Shown here: positions 8,651 to 17,439 of the stretch, in pieces | How the letters are laid out: the number at the start of each line of letters is the position of its first letter | How positions within the stretch are numbered: position 1 is the stretch's first letter | Assembly (NCBI GenBank): GCA_964412415.1 | Contig: CAYPOZ010000007.1 | Coordinates: forward strand, 5,984-31,774 | Reading direction: 5' to 3' | Source of the DNA: an uncultured Isosphaeraceae bacterium | GTDB lineage: Bacteria > Planctomycetota > Phycisphaerae > Phycisphaerales > SM1A02 | Length of the DNA stretch: 25,791 bases | The notes under the pieces: generated by a model | Databases searched by the model: none | Told to the model about the DNA's origin: nothing | Seen by the model: only the letters and a program-made list of their open reading frames with translations | Position numbers and translations under genes: made by a program

Positions 8651-8722
8651 TCGCGCGCAGGACCGGGGGCTCCTGCAACCCGCCTTGGGACGACGGGCGC
8701 TGCCCGTTCGCGATGCGCCCGG

Positions 8723-9886
8723 TCAGGGCGCGCTGCTGACTGCGCCAAGGACCTTCTTGCGCAGGCCGGGACCGTCGTAGACCGCGACCTCGCCAGCGCC
8801 CACCTTGTCGATGCCCACGCGCACGAGCTGCTGGCCTTGGCCTCCGCGCAGGCTCATCGCGCCCCCATCGGCATCAGCTGCCGCGCCGACCACAACGACT
8901 GGCGTGCCGGACGCGTTGCCGAGGTTGAGCAGGCCGCCGTTGGCGGTTGCGCCAAGACCGACAAGGCGAAGGCCGCCGGACATGAGCGAGAAGAGCGGCG
9001 CATCTGCGGCACCGGTCTGCATCACCATCAGGGGCTCGTCGGCGGAGCGGCCGAGCGTGATCTGCGCGCCCGCATCGGTGCGCGCCTGCGCTGAGACCGT
9101 CTCGTTGCCGCCCGGCGCATAGAGGGCCATCGATCCGCCCGCATCCGGTGCCATGACACCGAGCGCGGCAGCGCGCGTGCCGGCGCGCGTGGCGCAGGTC
9201 ACGGTGCCGCCGTCATCGCCCGAGGTGAGCTCGACGACCGGAACGCCAGCCGCATCAGCCACGCGCATGACGCCGGCCTTTCCTGAGGCTGCGCCCATCG
9301 CCACCAGCTCGCGTCCTTCGGCGTTGCGCACTGAGACGCCAACGCTGCCTTCCGCAGCTGCTGCCGCGAAGAGGGGACGACCCTCCGCGTCGGCGATCGC
9401 AAAGGCGGGGCCTCTCTCGTTGGTGGCGAGCATTGCGGTCATGGAGCCGTCGGTGGTGTTGGTCTCCACCCGTCCGCCAGCCTCCGTGGCGTACATGCCG
9501 GTGACGAGCTCGCCGCCCGCATTCCACATGGCGAGGTCGCCGCCCTGCGCGTTCGCGCCCATGCGCACCACGTTCGCGCCGGCGGGACCCCAGATGTCGA
9601 CCTGCCCGCCATGCTCGCCGACGGCGGCAAGGAAGACGACACGGTTGCTCGAGTCCACAACCTCAAGGCGCCGCGCACGCACCACGTCGCTGATGCCCGT
9701 GGCCTGCGTGGCCGCGATGCAGGCGAGCGCGACCAGCGGCAGCGCGGCTGCAAGGGCCACCCGCTTCCATCGCCGCTCGCGCGTGTGCGCTGCCGTGATC
9801 TCCCGCTCGAGTGTCCCGAGGCGCGCGGTGATGGCATCGATGCGGTCGTCGCTTGGGGAGCCGGACGCTGCGTGCTGTTCGATCAT
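8723..9886 (-). CDS. Hypothetical membrane-anchored protein with ~22-aa tandem beta repeats
   Basis: N-terminal coiled-coil-like segment, a hydrophobic helix (VALAAALPLVALACIAA), then 14 degenerate repeats. TATCCT box 7 nt before the ATG. Confidence 0.8.
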   Translation of the reverse strand: MIEQHAASGSPSDDRIDAITARLGTLEREITAAHTRERRWKRVALAAALPLVALACIAATQATGISDVVRARRLEVVDSSNRVVFLAAVGEHGGQVDIWGPAGANVVRMGANAQGGDLAMWNAGGELVTGMYATEAGGRVETNTTDGSMTAMLATNERGPAFAIADAEGRPLFAAAAAEGSVGVSVRNAEGRELVAMGAASGKAGVMRVADAAGVPVVELTSGDDGGTVTCATRAGTRAAALGVMAPDAGGSMALYAPGGNETVSAQARTDAGAQITLGRSADEPLMVMQTGAADAPLFSLMSGGLRLVGLGATANGGLLNLGNASGTPVVVVGAAADADGGAMSLRGGQGQQLVRVGIDKVGAGEVAVYDGPGLRKKVLGAVSSAP

Positions 9887-9918
9887 GGCTCGTAGGATAC
9901 GGATTGGAGATCAAACGC

Positions 9919-11109
9919 ATGCCGCGTCCCCGCGCTCGTCATCAAGGTCCCCTCGGCGTGGGGCTCATCGGCACCAAGTTCATGGGTCGCGCCCACTCGG
10001 TGGCGTGGGCTGGGGCGCCGCGGTTCTTCGACCTTCCCGCCCCGGCGCTTGCCTGCGTGGCGGGCAAGGATGCCGCGGAGACCCACGAGTTCGGGAGGCG
10101 ATGGGGGTGGACGCGCTCGACGGCGGACTGGCGTGACCTCGTGGGCGATCCGGCCGTCACCCTCGTGGATGTCGCCGTCCCCAACAACCTCCACGCGGCG
10201 ATGTCGATCGCGGCGCTCGGGGCAGGCAAGCACGTCGCCTGCGAGAAGCCACTTGCGGGCACGCTCGCGGATGCGCGTCGCATGCGCGATGCGGCGCGCG
10301 CCGCCGCGCGCAAGGGAATCCGCACGTTCGTGTGGTTCAACTACCGCCGGGCGCCGGCCGTTGCGCTGATGCACCGCATGGTGAGGCAGGGGAGGATCGG
10401 CCGCATCTACCACGTGCGCGCCACCTACCTGCAGGACTGGGGCGGCCCGTCGACGCCGATGCTGTGGCGGTTCGATGCGTCGGCCGCCGGAAGCGGCGCG
10501 CACGGTGACCTCAACGCGCACATCGTTGACATGGCGCGCTTCGTGACGGGCGAGGAGGTCGTGGAGGTCAACGGCGCGGTGGAGCGCACGTTCGTCGAGC
10601 GGCGTGCGGCCGCTCCTGCGCGTCGCGGGGGGCGTGCGCGCACCCAGCGCAGCACCGTCGACGACTGCGTGGCGTTCCTCGCGCGCATGTCGGGCGGCGC
10701 GGTGGCGACGTTCGAGGCGTCGAGGGTGGCGACTGGCCACAAGAACCGGAACACGCTCGAGATCAACGGCGAGCGCGGGTCGGTGCGATTCGACTTCGAG
10801 CGCATGAACGAGCTCGAATGGTGGGATGACACGCAGGAGCAGGCGCTGCGCGGATGGACGCGCATCATGTGCACCGAGCCGGTGCACCCGTACGTGCGCG
10901 CGTACTGGCCTCCCGCTCACCTCATCGGCTACGAGCACGGCTTCGTGAGCCAGGCAGCGGACATCATGCGCACGCTCTCGGGACTGGAGCCGGAAGTGCC
11001 GCTGCCCGACTTCGACGACGCGTTCGCGACGCAGTGCGTGCTCGAGGCCGCGCTGCGCAGCGCGCGCACGCGCAGGCCGGTGCTGGTGAAGTCAGTGGTG
11101 CGCGTCTAG
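9919..11109 (+). CDS. Gfo/Idh/MocA family NAD(P)-dependent oxidoreductase
   Basis: VGLIGTKFMGRAH Rossmann start, GKHVACEKPLA, FNYRRAPA, YLQDW and GAHGDLNAHIVD. GGAGA Shine-Dalgarno (9906-9910) supports start 9919. Confidence 0.92.
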   Translation: MPRPRARHQGPLGVGLIGTKFMGRAHSVAWAGAPRFFDLPAPALACVAGKDAAETHEFGRRWGWTRSTADWRDLVGDPAVTLVDVAVPNNLHAAMSIAALGAGKHVACEKPLAGTLADARRMRDAARAAARKGIRTFVWFNYRRAPAVALMHRMVRQGRIGRIYHVRATYLQDWGGPSTPMLWRFDASAAGSGAHGDLNAHIVDMARFVTGEEVVEVNGAVERTFVERRAAAPARRGGRARTQRSTVDDCVAFLARMSGGAVATFEASRVATGHKNRNTLEINGERGSVRFDFERMNELEWWDDTQEQALRGWTRIMCTEPVHPYVRAYWPPAHLIGYEHGFVSQAADIMRTLSGLEPEVPLPDFDDAFATQCVLEAALRSARTRRPVLVKSVVRV

Positions 11110-11238
11110 CGGCGCCGGCGGGGCGCGCGGCAACGTGTTGCGCCGTGCGCGGCACGCAGGATGCCGCACCAGCCGCGGTTTTCGCCGTGCGGTCGCGCTA
11201 CACTTCCGGGCTTGCGCACGCTGTGCGCGCATCCACTC

Positions 11239-13368
11239 ATGCCCGTAGAGCACACCAGGAGTCCGCGCAGCCGCATCTCGCCCGATGCGCTCGATCGCCT
11301 CGAGGCCAGCGCGAATGCCGCGGTGGCGGCGCTCTCGTCGCTGCAGCGCGAGGACGGCCACTGGTGCGGGGAGCTCGAGGGCGACTCGATCCTCCAGAGC
11401 GAGTACATGCTCATGAAGTGGATCCTTGGCCAGGAGCGCGCGCTGATGGCCGATGGCCGCAGCGGATGGGACATGATGTGCCGGCTCGCCGCGCAGCTCC
11501 GCTCGCAGCAGCGCGCCGACGGCGGGTGGGGCCAGTACCCCGGCTCGGGCATCGACATCAGCGCCACCGTCAAGGCCTACCTCTGCCTGAAGCTGATGGG
11601 CGACGATCCCTCAGCGCCGCACATGGTGCGTGCACGGGAGCGGGTGCTTGAGCTTGGCGGTGCCGAGGGCTGCAACTCCTTCACCACCTTCTACCTCGCG
11701 TCGCTCGGCCAGGTGCCGTGGGATGCGGTGCCTGCGATCCCTCCAGAGGTCGTGTGGCTGCCGCGCTGGTTCTACTTCCACCTGGACAAGGTGAGCGCGT
11801 GGAGCCGCACGATGATCCTCCCGCTGGCCATCGTGAACGCGCACCGCCCGGTGCGCGAGCTCGCGCCGCACCAGCGCATCGACGAGCTCTACCTGAGCGC
11901 GCGTGCGCGCGGCTCGCTGCGGATGCGCGCGGACACGCCCGCGCCATGGAAGGCGTTCTTCCGGACCGTCGACCGCACGCTGAAGCTGATGCAGCGCTTC
12001 AGGCTGATGCCCTGGCGCGAGCAGGCGATCGCAGATGCGTTCGCGTGGATCATGCGCCGGGCCAGCCAGGAGATGCCTGCGCCGACGGAGGGCCTCGGCG
12101 CGATCTTCCCGCCGATGGTCTACCTGCAGGTGGTCTTCAAGGTGCTCGGCATCCCGCGGGACGACCCGCGCGTGAAGCAGGCCGAGCGAGACCTCGATGC
12201 ATTCATCATTGACGGGCCGACGCATGCCCGCATCCAGCCGTGCTTCTCGCCGGTGTGGGACACCGGCATCGCGCTGTATGCGCTGACCGACTGCGGTCTT
12301 GATGCGCAGGACGCACGGCTTGCGCGCGCGGCGCACTGGCTGTGCGGGCGCGAGTGCACGCACGTTGGCGACTGGATCCGCAACTGCGCGCCGGGCACGC
12401 AGGCCGGCGGCTGGTACTTCGAGTACGCCAACGCGTGGTACCCCGACTGCGACGACACGGCGATGGTGGCGATGGCGCTGCAGCGCTGCGGCGACAGCGA
12501 GAGCGTCGGGGCCGCGAGGCGTGGCATCGCATGGATGCTCGCCATGCAGAACGACGACGGCGGATGGGCCGCCTTCGACCGCACGCGTGACCGGCGCATC
12601 CTCGAGTACGTGCCGTTCGCGGACCACAATGCGATGCAGGACCCGTCGTGCCCCGACATCACCGGACGTGCGCTCGAGTGCCTGAGCTGGCACGGCATGC
12701 GCGTGGGCGACGCGGTGGTCGACCGCGCTGTCGCGTACATCCGCTCGCACCAGGAGCCCGACGGCAGCTTCTTCGGCCGCTGGGGGGTGAACTACATCTA
12801 CGGCACCTGGCAGGCCGTCATCGGCCCGATCCGATGCGGCGTCTCGCGCGACGCGGATTGGATCCGGAGCGCTGGCGCGTGGGTCAAGTCCGTGCAGAAG
12901 GCAGATGGGTCCTTCGGCGAGACCGCGAACTCGTATGTCGACCCGAGGCTGCGCGGAACAGGGCCATCCACGGCATCGCAGACCGCATGGGGCGCGATGA
13001 TCCTCCAGGAGGTCTTCGGCGCCGACGACCCTGACCTGCTCCGAGCGCTCGAGTGGCTTGCGCGCACGCAGCTCGATGCGCGCGCCGCGGCGGACCCTGC
13101 TGCCAACCCCGATGGCGATCCGGCCGGGAGCTGGCGCGAGACCGAGTGCACGGGCACCGGCTTCCCGAAGGTCTTCTACCTGCGCTACCACCTGTACCGC
13201 CTGTACTTCCCGGTGATGGCGCTGGGACGGTTCCTGCGAGGGCACGGGCGGACCTTGGCGGCCGCCCGCCCTGGGGCGTCAGCGGAGTCTCTCAGTTCGC
13301 CGGCGCGCGCGACGGGTGCGGGCCAGGTTGCGGTGGCGCTGGAGCCGGCCGGCGTGTCAGGTCGATAG
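11239..13368 (+). CDS. shc: Squalene-hopene cyclase
   Basis: ELEGDSILQSEY, QW repeats (QRADGGW, QNDDGGW, QEPDGSF, QKADGSF), catalytic DCDDTA (12445-12462), WGVNYIYGT and TGTGFPKVFYLRYHLY. TACACT box at 11199-11204 argues against start 11161. Confidence 0.96.
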   Translation: MPVEHTRSPRSRISPDALDRLEASANAAVAALSSLQREDGHWCGELEGDSILQSEYMLMKWILGQERALMADGRSGWDMMCRLAAQLRSQQRADGGWGQYPGSGIDISATVKAYLCLKLMGDDPSAPHMVRARERVLELGGAEGCNSFTTFYLASLGQVPWDAVPAIPPEVVWLPRWFYFHLDKVSAWSRTMILPLAIVNAHRPVRELAPHQRIDELYLSARARGSLRMRADTPAPWKAFFRTVDRTLKLMQRFRLMPWREQAIADAFAWIMRRASQEMPAPTEGLGAIFPPMVYLQVVFKVLGIPRDDPRVKQAERDLDAFIIDGPTHARIQPCFSPVWDTGIALYALTDCGLDAQDARLARAAHWLCGRECTHVGDWIRNCAPGTQAGGWYFEYANAWYPDCDDTAMVAMALQRCGDSESVGAARRGIAWMLAMQNDDGGWAAFDRTRDRRILEYVPFADHNAMQDPSCPDITGRALECLSWHGMRVGDAVVDRAVAYIRSHQEPDGSFFGRWGVNYIYGTWQAVIGPIRCGVSRDADWIRSAGAWVKSVQKADGSFGETANSYVDPRLRGTGPSTASQTAWGAMILQEVFGADDPDLLRALEWLARTQLDARAAADPAANPDGDPAGSWRETECTGTGFPKVFYLRYHLYRLYFPVMALGRFLRGHGRTLAAARPGASAESLSSPARATGAGQVAVALEPAGVSGR

Positions 13369-13375
13369 ACCCATC

Positions 13376-14704
13376 GTGAGCCTCGGTTCGAGAATCGCGC
13401 TGACCATAGCGGGCGCTGTCGCTGCGCTTGCTGTGGCGATCGTGGCGATTCGCGGTGGGCTTGGCCGGGCGGCAGGCGAGCCGATCCGCGTCGGCGTGCT
13501 CCATTCGCTCACCGGACCGATGGCCACGAGCGAGGTTCCTGTGGTCAACGCCATCAGGATGGCGGCGGATGAGGTCAACGCCCGGGGCGGGGTGCTTGGG
13601 CGACCGATCGAGCTGTTCGTGCGCGACGGGAAGAGCGATCCGGCGACGTTCGCCGAGGAGGCCGAGCGGCTGCTCACGGAGGACCGCGTCAGCGTGATCT
13701 TCGGGTGCTGGACCAGCGCGTCGCGTCGCACGGTGCGCCCGGTGATCGAGCGCCTGAAGGGACTGATGGTCTATCCCGTGCAGTACGAGGGCGTGGAGTC
13801 GAGCCCGAACCTGGTCTACGCGGGCGCCGCGCCAAACCAGCAGATCGTGCCCGCGGTGCAGTGGCTCTTCAGCCGGGGTGCGCGGAGGTTTGCGCTCGTC
13901 GGCAGCGACTACGTCTTTCCGCACATCGCCAACGCCATCATCCGAGACCTGGTGCGTTCGCTCGGCGGGGAGGTGGTCGCCGAGCGCTACATCCCGCTCG
14001 CCGGAGGCGGCGAGGACGACGCGGCACGGGCGATTGCCGCAGCCACGCCTGACGTGATCCTGAACACCGTCAACGGGGACGCCAACCGTCCGCTGATGCG
14101 CGCGCTCCGCACAAGCGGCATCGAGCCGGGCAGGACGCCGGTGATGTCCTTCAGCATCGCAGAGCCGCAGATCGCCGCATGGTCGCCAGATGCGTTCGTC
14201 GGCGACTACGTGGCGGCGACGTACTTCGAGTCGATGCCTTCCCCCGAGAGCCGTTCGTTCGCGCGTGCGCTTCGCGCGCACCACGGCGACTCGGCCCGTG
14301 CCAGCGATGCCATCGAGTCCGCGTACACGGCGTTCATGCTGTGGGTTCAGGGCGTCGATGATGCGGGCACGACCGATCCCACTGCCGTGCGCTCGGCGAT
14401 GAGCGGCAAGTTCACGGTGGGGCCGGCGGGAATCGCGATTGTCGACCCGACAACGGGTCACCTGTGGCGGAGCGCACGCATCGGCGAGGTGATGCCGGAT
14501 GGGTCGATCCGTGTCGCATGGGAGTCAGGTTCTCCGATCCGTCCCATGCCGTACCCGCTGTGGCGCAGCCGCCGCGACTGGGACCGGTTCCTCGCGGACA
14601 TGCGGAATGCATGGCGGGGTGCGTGGTCGGGTCCCGGCGATGTCGATGCGCCGCGTCCCCACTGGGAGCCGGTGCAGCCCAAGTCGTCAGGAGATGCGCC
14701 ATGA
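13376..14704 (+). CDS. UrtA/AmiC/FmdD-like (urea/short amide) periplasmic binding protein
   Basis: [50 protein letters not shown] and NTVNGD, all hallmark UrtA-family segments. N-terminal hydrophobic helix without a lipobox Cys. GTG start 7 nt after the shc stop. Confidence 0.9.
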   Translation: MSLGSRIALTIAGAVAALAVAIVAIRGGLGRAAGEPIRVGVLHSLTGPMATSEVPVVNAIRMAADEVNARGGVLGRPIELFVRDGKSDPATFAEEAERLLTEDRVSVIFGCWTSASRRTVRPVIERLKGLMVYPVQYEGVESSPNLVYAGAAPNQQIVPAVQWLFSRGARRFALVGSDYVFPHIANAIIRDLVRSLGGEVVAERYIPLAGGGEDDAARAIAAATPDVILNTVNGDANRPLMRALRTSGIEPGRTPVMSFSIAEPQIAAWSPDAFVGDYVAATYFESMPSPESRSFARALRAHHGDSARASDAIESAYTAFMLWVQGVDDAGTTDPTAVRSAMSGKFTVGPAGIAIVDPTTGHLWRSARIGEVMPDGSIRVAWESGSPIRPMPYPLWRSRRDWDRFLADMRNAWRGAWSGPGDVDAPRPHWEPVQPKSSGDAP

Positions 14705-16680
14705 GCCGTGCGGCGGTTGCGCCTCGACGGGGCCTGGGCCGAACCCTCTCTCTCGCACTGTCTGTGATGGCGATCGGGCCGCTCGTGTTCCTCGCGGCCT
14801 TCCTGTGGGTCACCACAGGCCGCGCCATCGAGCGATCGGCGGCAGAGACCCTCACCGCGCTTGCAGACGAGAAGGCCGCACGCCTCGAGACGTACGTGGA
14901 GGACCGCCTCCGGTCGGTCGTCAGCGTCGCAAACGACACGGCCTTCGTGTCGGCGGCGCGAGGTTCGGTGGGCGACGCCGGCACCGCGCGCATCCGGCTC
15001 TTCGCCGAGGCCATGGGATTCACCGAGCTGGTGATCGCAGATGCGCGGGGCGTGATCACGTTCGCGCTCGATGACGCGAGCTGGGTGGGGAAGTCGACAG
15101 AGGATTCGGACCTCAAGGCGATCGGCGTGTCGGCGGTCGCATTGCGCGTGCGCGCGACCATGCAGGCCGACCTCACGCCGCCACTCGTGGCGGCCTCGGG
15201 CACGTCCCTTTCGATCTACGCCGTCGGTCCGCTCATCGATGGCGGCACGCTGGCGGGAATCTGCGCGGCACGGCTGCCGACGGCGGAGCTTGAGGAGGTG
15301 GTCTCTGACTACACGGGGTTGGGGTCCACAGGCGACGTGATCGGTGCCGCAGACGTCGGCGGCAGCGTCATCGTCACGACGCCAGGCCGCGGCAGCGGTG
15401 GCGCGGGGTCGATGGGACGTGCGATTGGGGAGTCGTTGCCCGAGATGGCGCGGCTGCGTGCAGCGTCTGCGGGCAAGGCATCGAGCGGCTACTGCACTGA
15501 CACGGACGGGCACCCTGTGATCGGCGCATGGACGTACGTGCCCAGCCTTCGGTGGGGTCTCGGCGTGACGATGCGCATCGACGAGGCATTCGCGCTGGCG
15601 GTGCAGCAGCGCAACGTCATCCTGGCGGTGATCGCGGTGTTCGCGGTCGCGTCCGTCGTGATTGCGCGCCTGATTGCCCGGTCGATCAGCGAGCCGATCG
15701 AGCATGCGGCCCGGATCGGCAGCGCGCTTGCGGACGGCAACCTCGCGTGCGAGGTCGTCCCGGCTGGCTCGGGCGAGCCGCGTGCGCTTCTTGACTCGAT
15801 GCACCGGGCGGTGGGGGGTCTCCGTGCGCTTGTCGGCGGAATCCGGGCATCTGTCGTGGAATCCCATGGCGCCGCTACGCGCATCAGGGCAATCGCGCAG
15901 GACCAGCAGGGGACGGTCACCGGATTCGACGCCAGTGCCACGCAGATTGCGGCCGCGGTACACGAGATTGCGGCTACAGGCCGGCAGCTCGCGGCGACTG
16001 TCGCATCGGTGGCGCAGACCGCCTGCGAGGCGGCGCAGGCCGCAGGGCAGGGCCAGGGTTCGCTCGATGAGCTCGGGCAGTCGATGCGTGAGTTGCGCGA
16101 CGCATCGACTGGTGTCGCGTCCAGGCTCGAGGCGATCCGCACCAAGACCGAGTCGATCACCGGCATCGTGACCACCATCACCCGCGTGGCCGAGCAGACA
16201 AACCTCCTGAGCATCAATGCGTCGATCGAGGCTGAGCGCGCAGGTGCGCACGGCGTCGGGTTCCGCGTCGTGGCGCGCGAGGTCGCGCGGCTCGCGTCGC
16301 AGACGGCGGCGGCCACGGTCGACATCGAGCGCCTGGTGTCAGGCATGCAGTCGGCGGTGCAGGAAGGCGTTCGGGAGATGTCCCGCTTTGCGGAAGCGGT
16401 CCAGCGCGGCACCGACACGTCGGCGCACGCCGGGGAGCGCCTTGGCGAGGTGATCGGGCAGGTCGGCGGCCTGCAGTCGCGATTCGGCGAGGTGGCCGAG
16501 GGCGTGAAGGCGCAGGACTCTGGAGCGCGCCAGATCAGCGAGGCAATGTCGCTGCTCGCCAGGGGCGCCCGCAGTGCCGCCGAGGCGATGCGGAAGTTCA
16601 CGGAGGCGAGCGCTTCGCTCGAGTCGCAGGCGCGAGAGCTTGAGCGCAGTGTGGCTTCGTTCAAGCTGCCCGCGGAGTGA
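14701..16680 (+). CDS. Methyl-accepting chemoreceptor (TM-dCache-TM-HAMP-MCP signal), WspA-like
   Basis: Two TM helices flank a Cache-like domain, followed by a HAMP-like segment and the hairpin tip [41 protein letters not shown] overlap with the upstream binding protein supports start 14701. Confidence 0.93.
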   Translation: MSRAAVAPRRGLGRTLSLALSVMAIGPLVFLAAFLWVTTGRAIERSAAETLTALADEKAARLETYVEDRLRSVVSVANDTAFVSAARGSVGDAGTARIRLFAEAMGFTELVIADARGVITFALDDASWVGKSTEDSDLKAIGVSAVALRVRATMQADLTPPLVAASGTSLSIYAVGPLIDGGTLAGICAARLPTAELEEVVSDYTGLGSTGDVIGAADVGGSVIVTTPGRGSGGAGSMGRAIGESLPEMARLRAASAGKASSGYCTDTDGHPVIGAWTYVPSLRWGLGVTMRIDEAFALAVQQRNVILAVIAVFAVASVVIARLIARSISEPIEHAARIGSALADGNLACEVVPAGSGEPRALLDSMHRAVGGLRALVGGIRASVVESHGAATRIRAIAQDQQGTVTGFDASATQIAAAVHEIAATGRQLAATVASVAQTACEAAQAAGQGQGSLDELGQSMRELRDASTGVASRLEAIRTKTESITGIVTTITRVAEQTNLLSINASIEAERAGAHGVGFRVVAREVARLASQTAAATVDIERLVSGMQSAVQEGVREMSRFAEAVQRGTDTSAHAGERLGEVIGQVGGLQSRFGEVAEGVKAQDSGARQISEAMSLLARGARSAAEAMRKFTEASASLESQARELERSVASFKLPAE

Positions 16681-16700
16681 GCGGCACCGGCCAGCTGCAC

Positions 16701-17384
16701 TCAGAATGGCGATGGCGATTCGAAGGCGCTGCGCTCGCCAGTCCCGGGGTGGGTAAACGTCAGCGTCGTGGCATGCAGGCACAGCCTGGTCGCGGCAGCG
16801 CACTCGCCTGGGGTTCCGTAGAGGTCGTCGCCCAGGATGGCGTGCCCGATCGCACGCAGGTGCAGACGCAGCTGGTGCGATCGGCCTGTCAGCGGCGAGA
16901 GCGAGAGGCGCGCGCAGGAGAGTGCGGTGCCCGCTTCGGCGGGACGCACTGGCGGCGGCACCGCACCCAGGCGCTCGATCACGCCCCATGAGGTCTGGCT
17001 TGGCCGTCCCATCGCGGCATCGATGACCTGCAGTGGCGGGTTCTCGAGATCCTTGCGGATCGGGAGGTCGATCGATCCGCCATCGGCCGATGGATGCCCC
17101 GCCACGAGCGCCTCGTAGCGCTTGCTGACGGCACGCCGCTCGAACTGCATCGACAGGTCACGGTGGGTGGAGGCATCGAGAGCGAGCACGATCACGCCGC
17201 TCGTGTCGCGGTCGAGCCGGTGCACGATGCGGGCCGTGGGCCACCGCATGGATGCCCGTGCGACCAGGCAGTCGGCCTTCTCGGGACCGATGCCGGGCAC
17301 GCTCAGCAGTCCGCTCGACTTGTCGAGCACGACAAGCCACTGGTCGGCATGGATGGTCGAGTAGCCGCTCGTGACGGCGTCCAT
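16701..17384 (-). CDS. rluA: RluA-family pseudouridine synthase
   Basis: DKSSGLLSVPG, catalytic VHRLDRDTSG, LTGRSHQLRLHL, GHAILGDDLYG and RLCLHA. No S4 domain. TAGCCT box 7 nt before ATG 17384. Confidence 0.92.
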   Translation of the reverse strand: MDAVTSGYSTIHADQWLVVLDKSSGLLSVPGIGPEKADCLVARASMRWPTARIVHRLDRDTSGVIVLALDASTHRDLSMQFERRAVSKRYEALVAGHPSADGGSIDLPIRKDLENPPLQVIDAAMGRPSQTSWGVIERLGAVPPPVRPAEAGTALSCARLSLSPLTGRSHQLRLHLRAIGHAILGDDLYGTPGECAAATRLCLHATTLTFTHPGTGERSAFESPSPF

Positions 17385-17439
17385 GGCGCGGAGGCTAGGG
17401 GAGGGCGGGAACGCGACGAGCGACCTAGACTCACGATCC

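Noticed and set aside
8657-8707. Two GC hairpins between convergent genes (GCAGGA/TCCTGC and ACGGGC/GCCCGT)
   Set aside because: Short stems with no U-tract on either strand, as expected by chance at this GC content.
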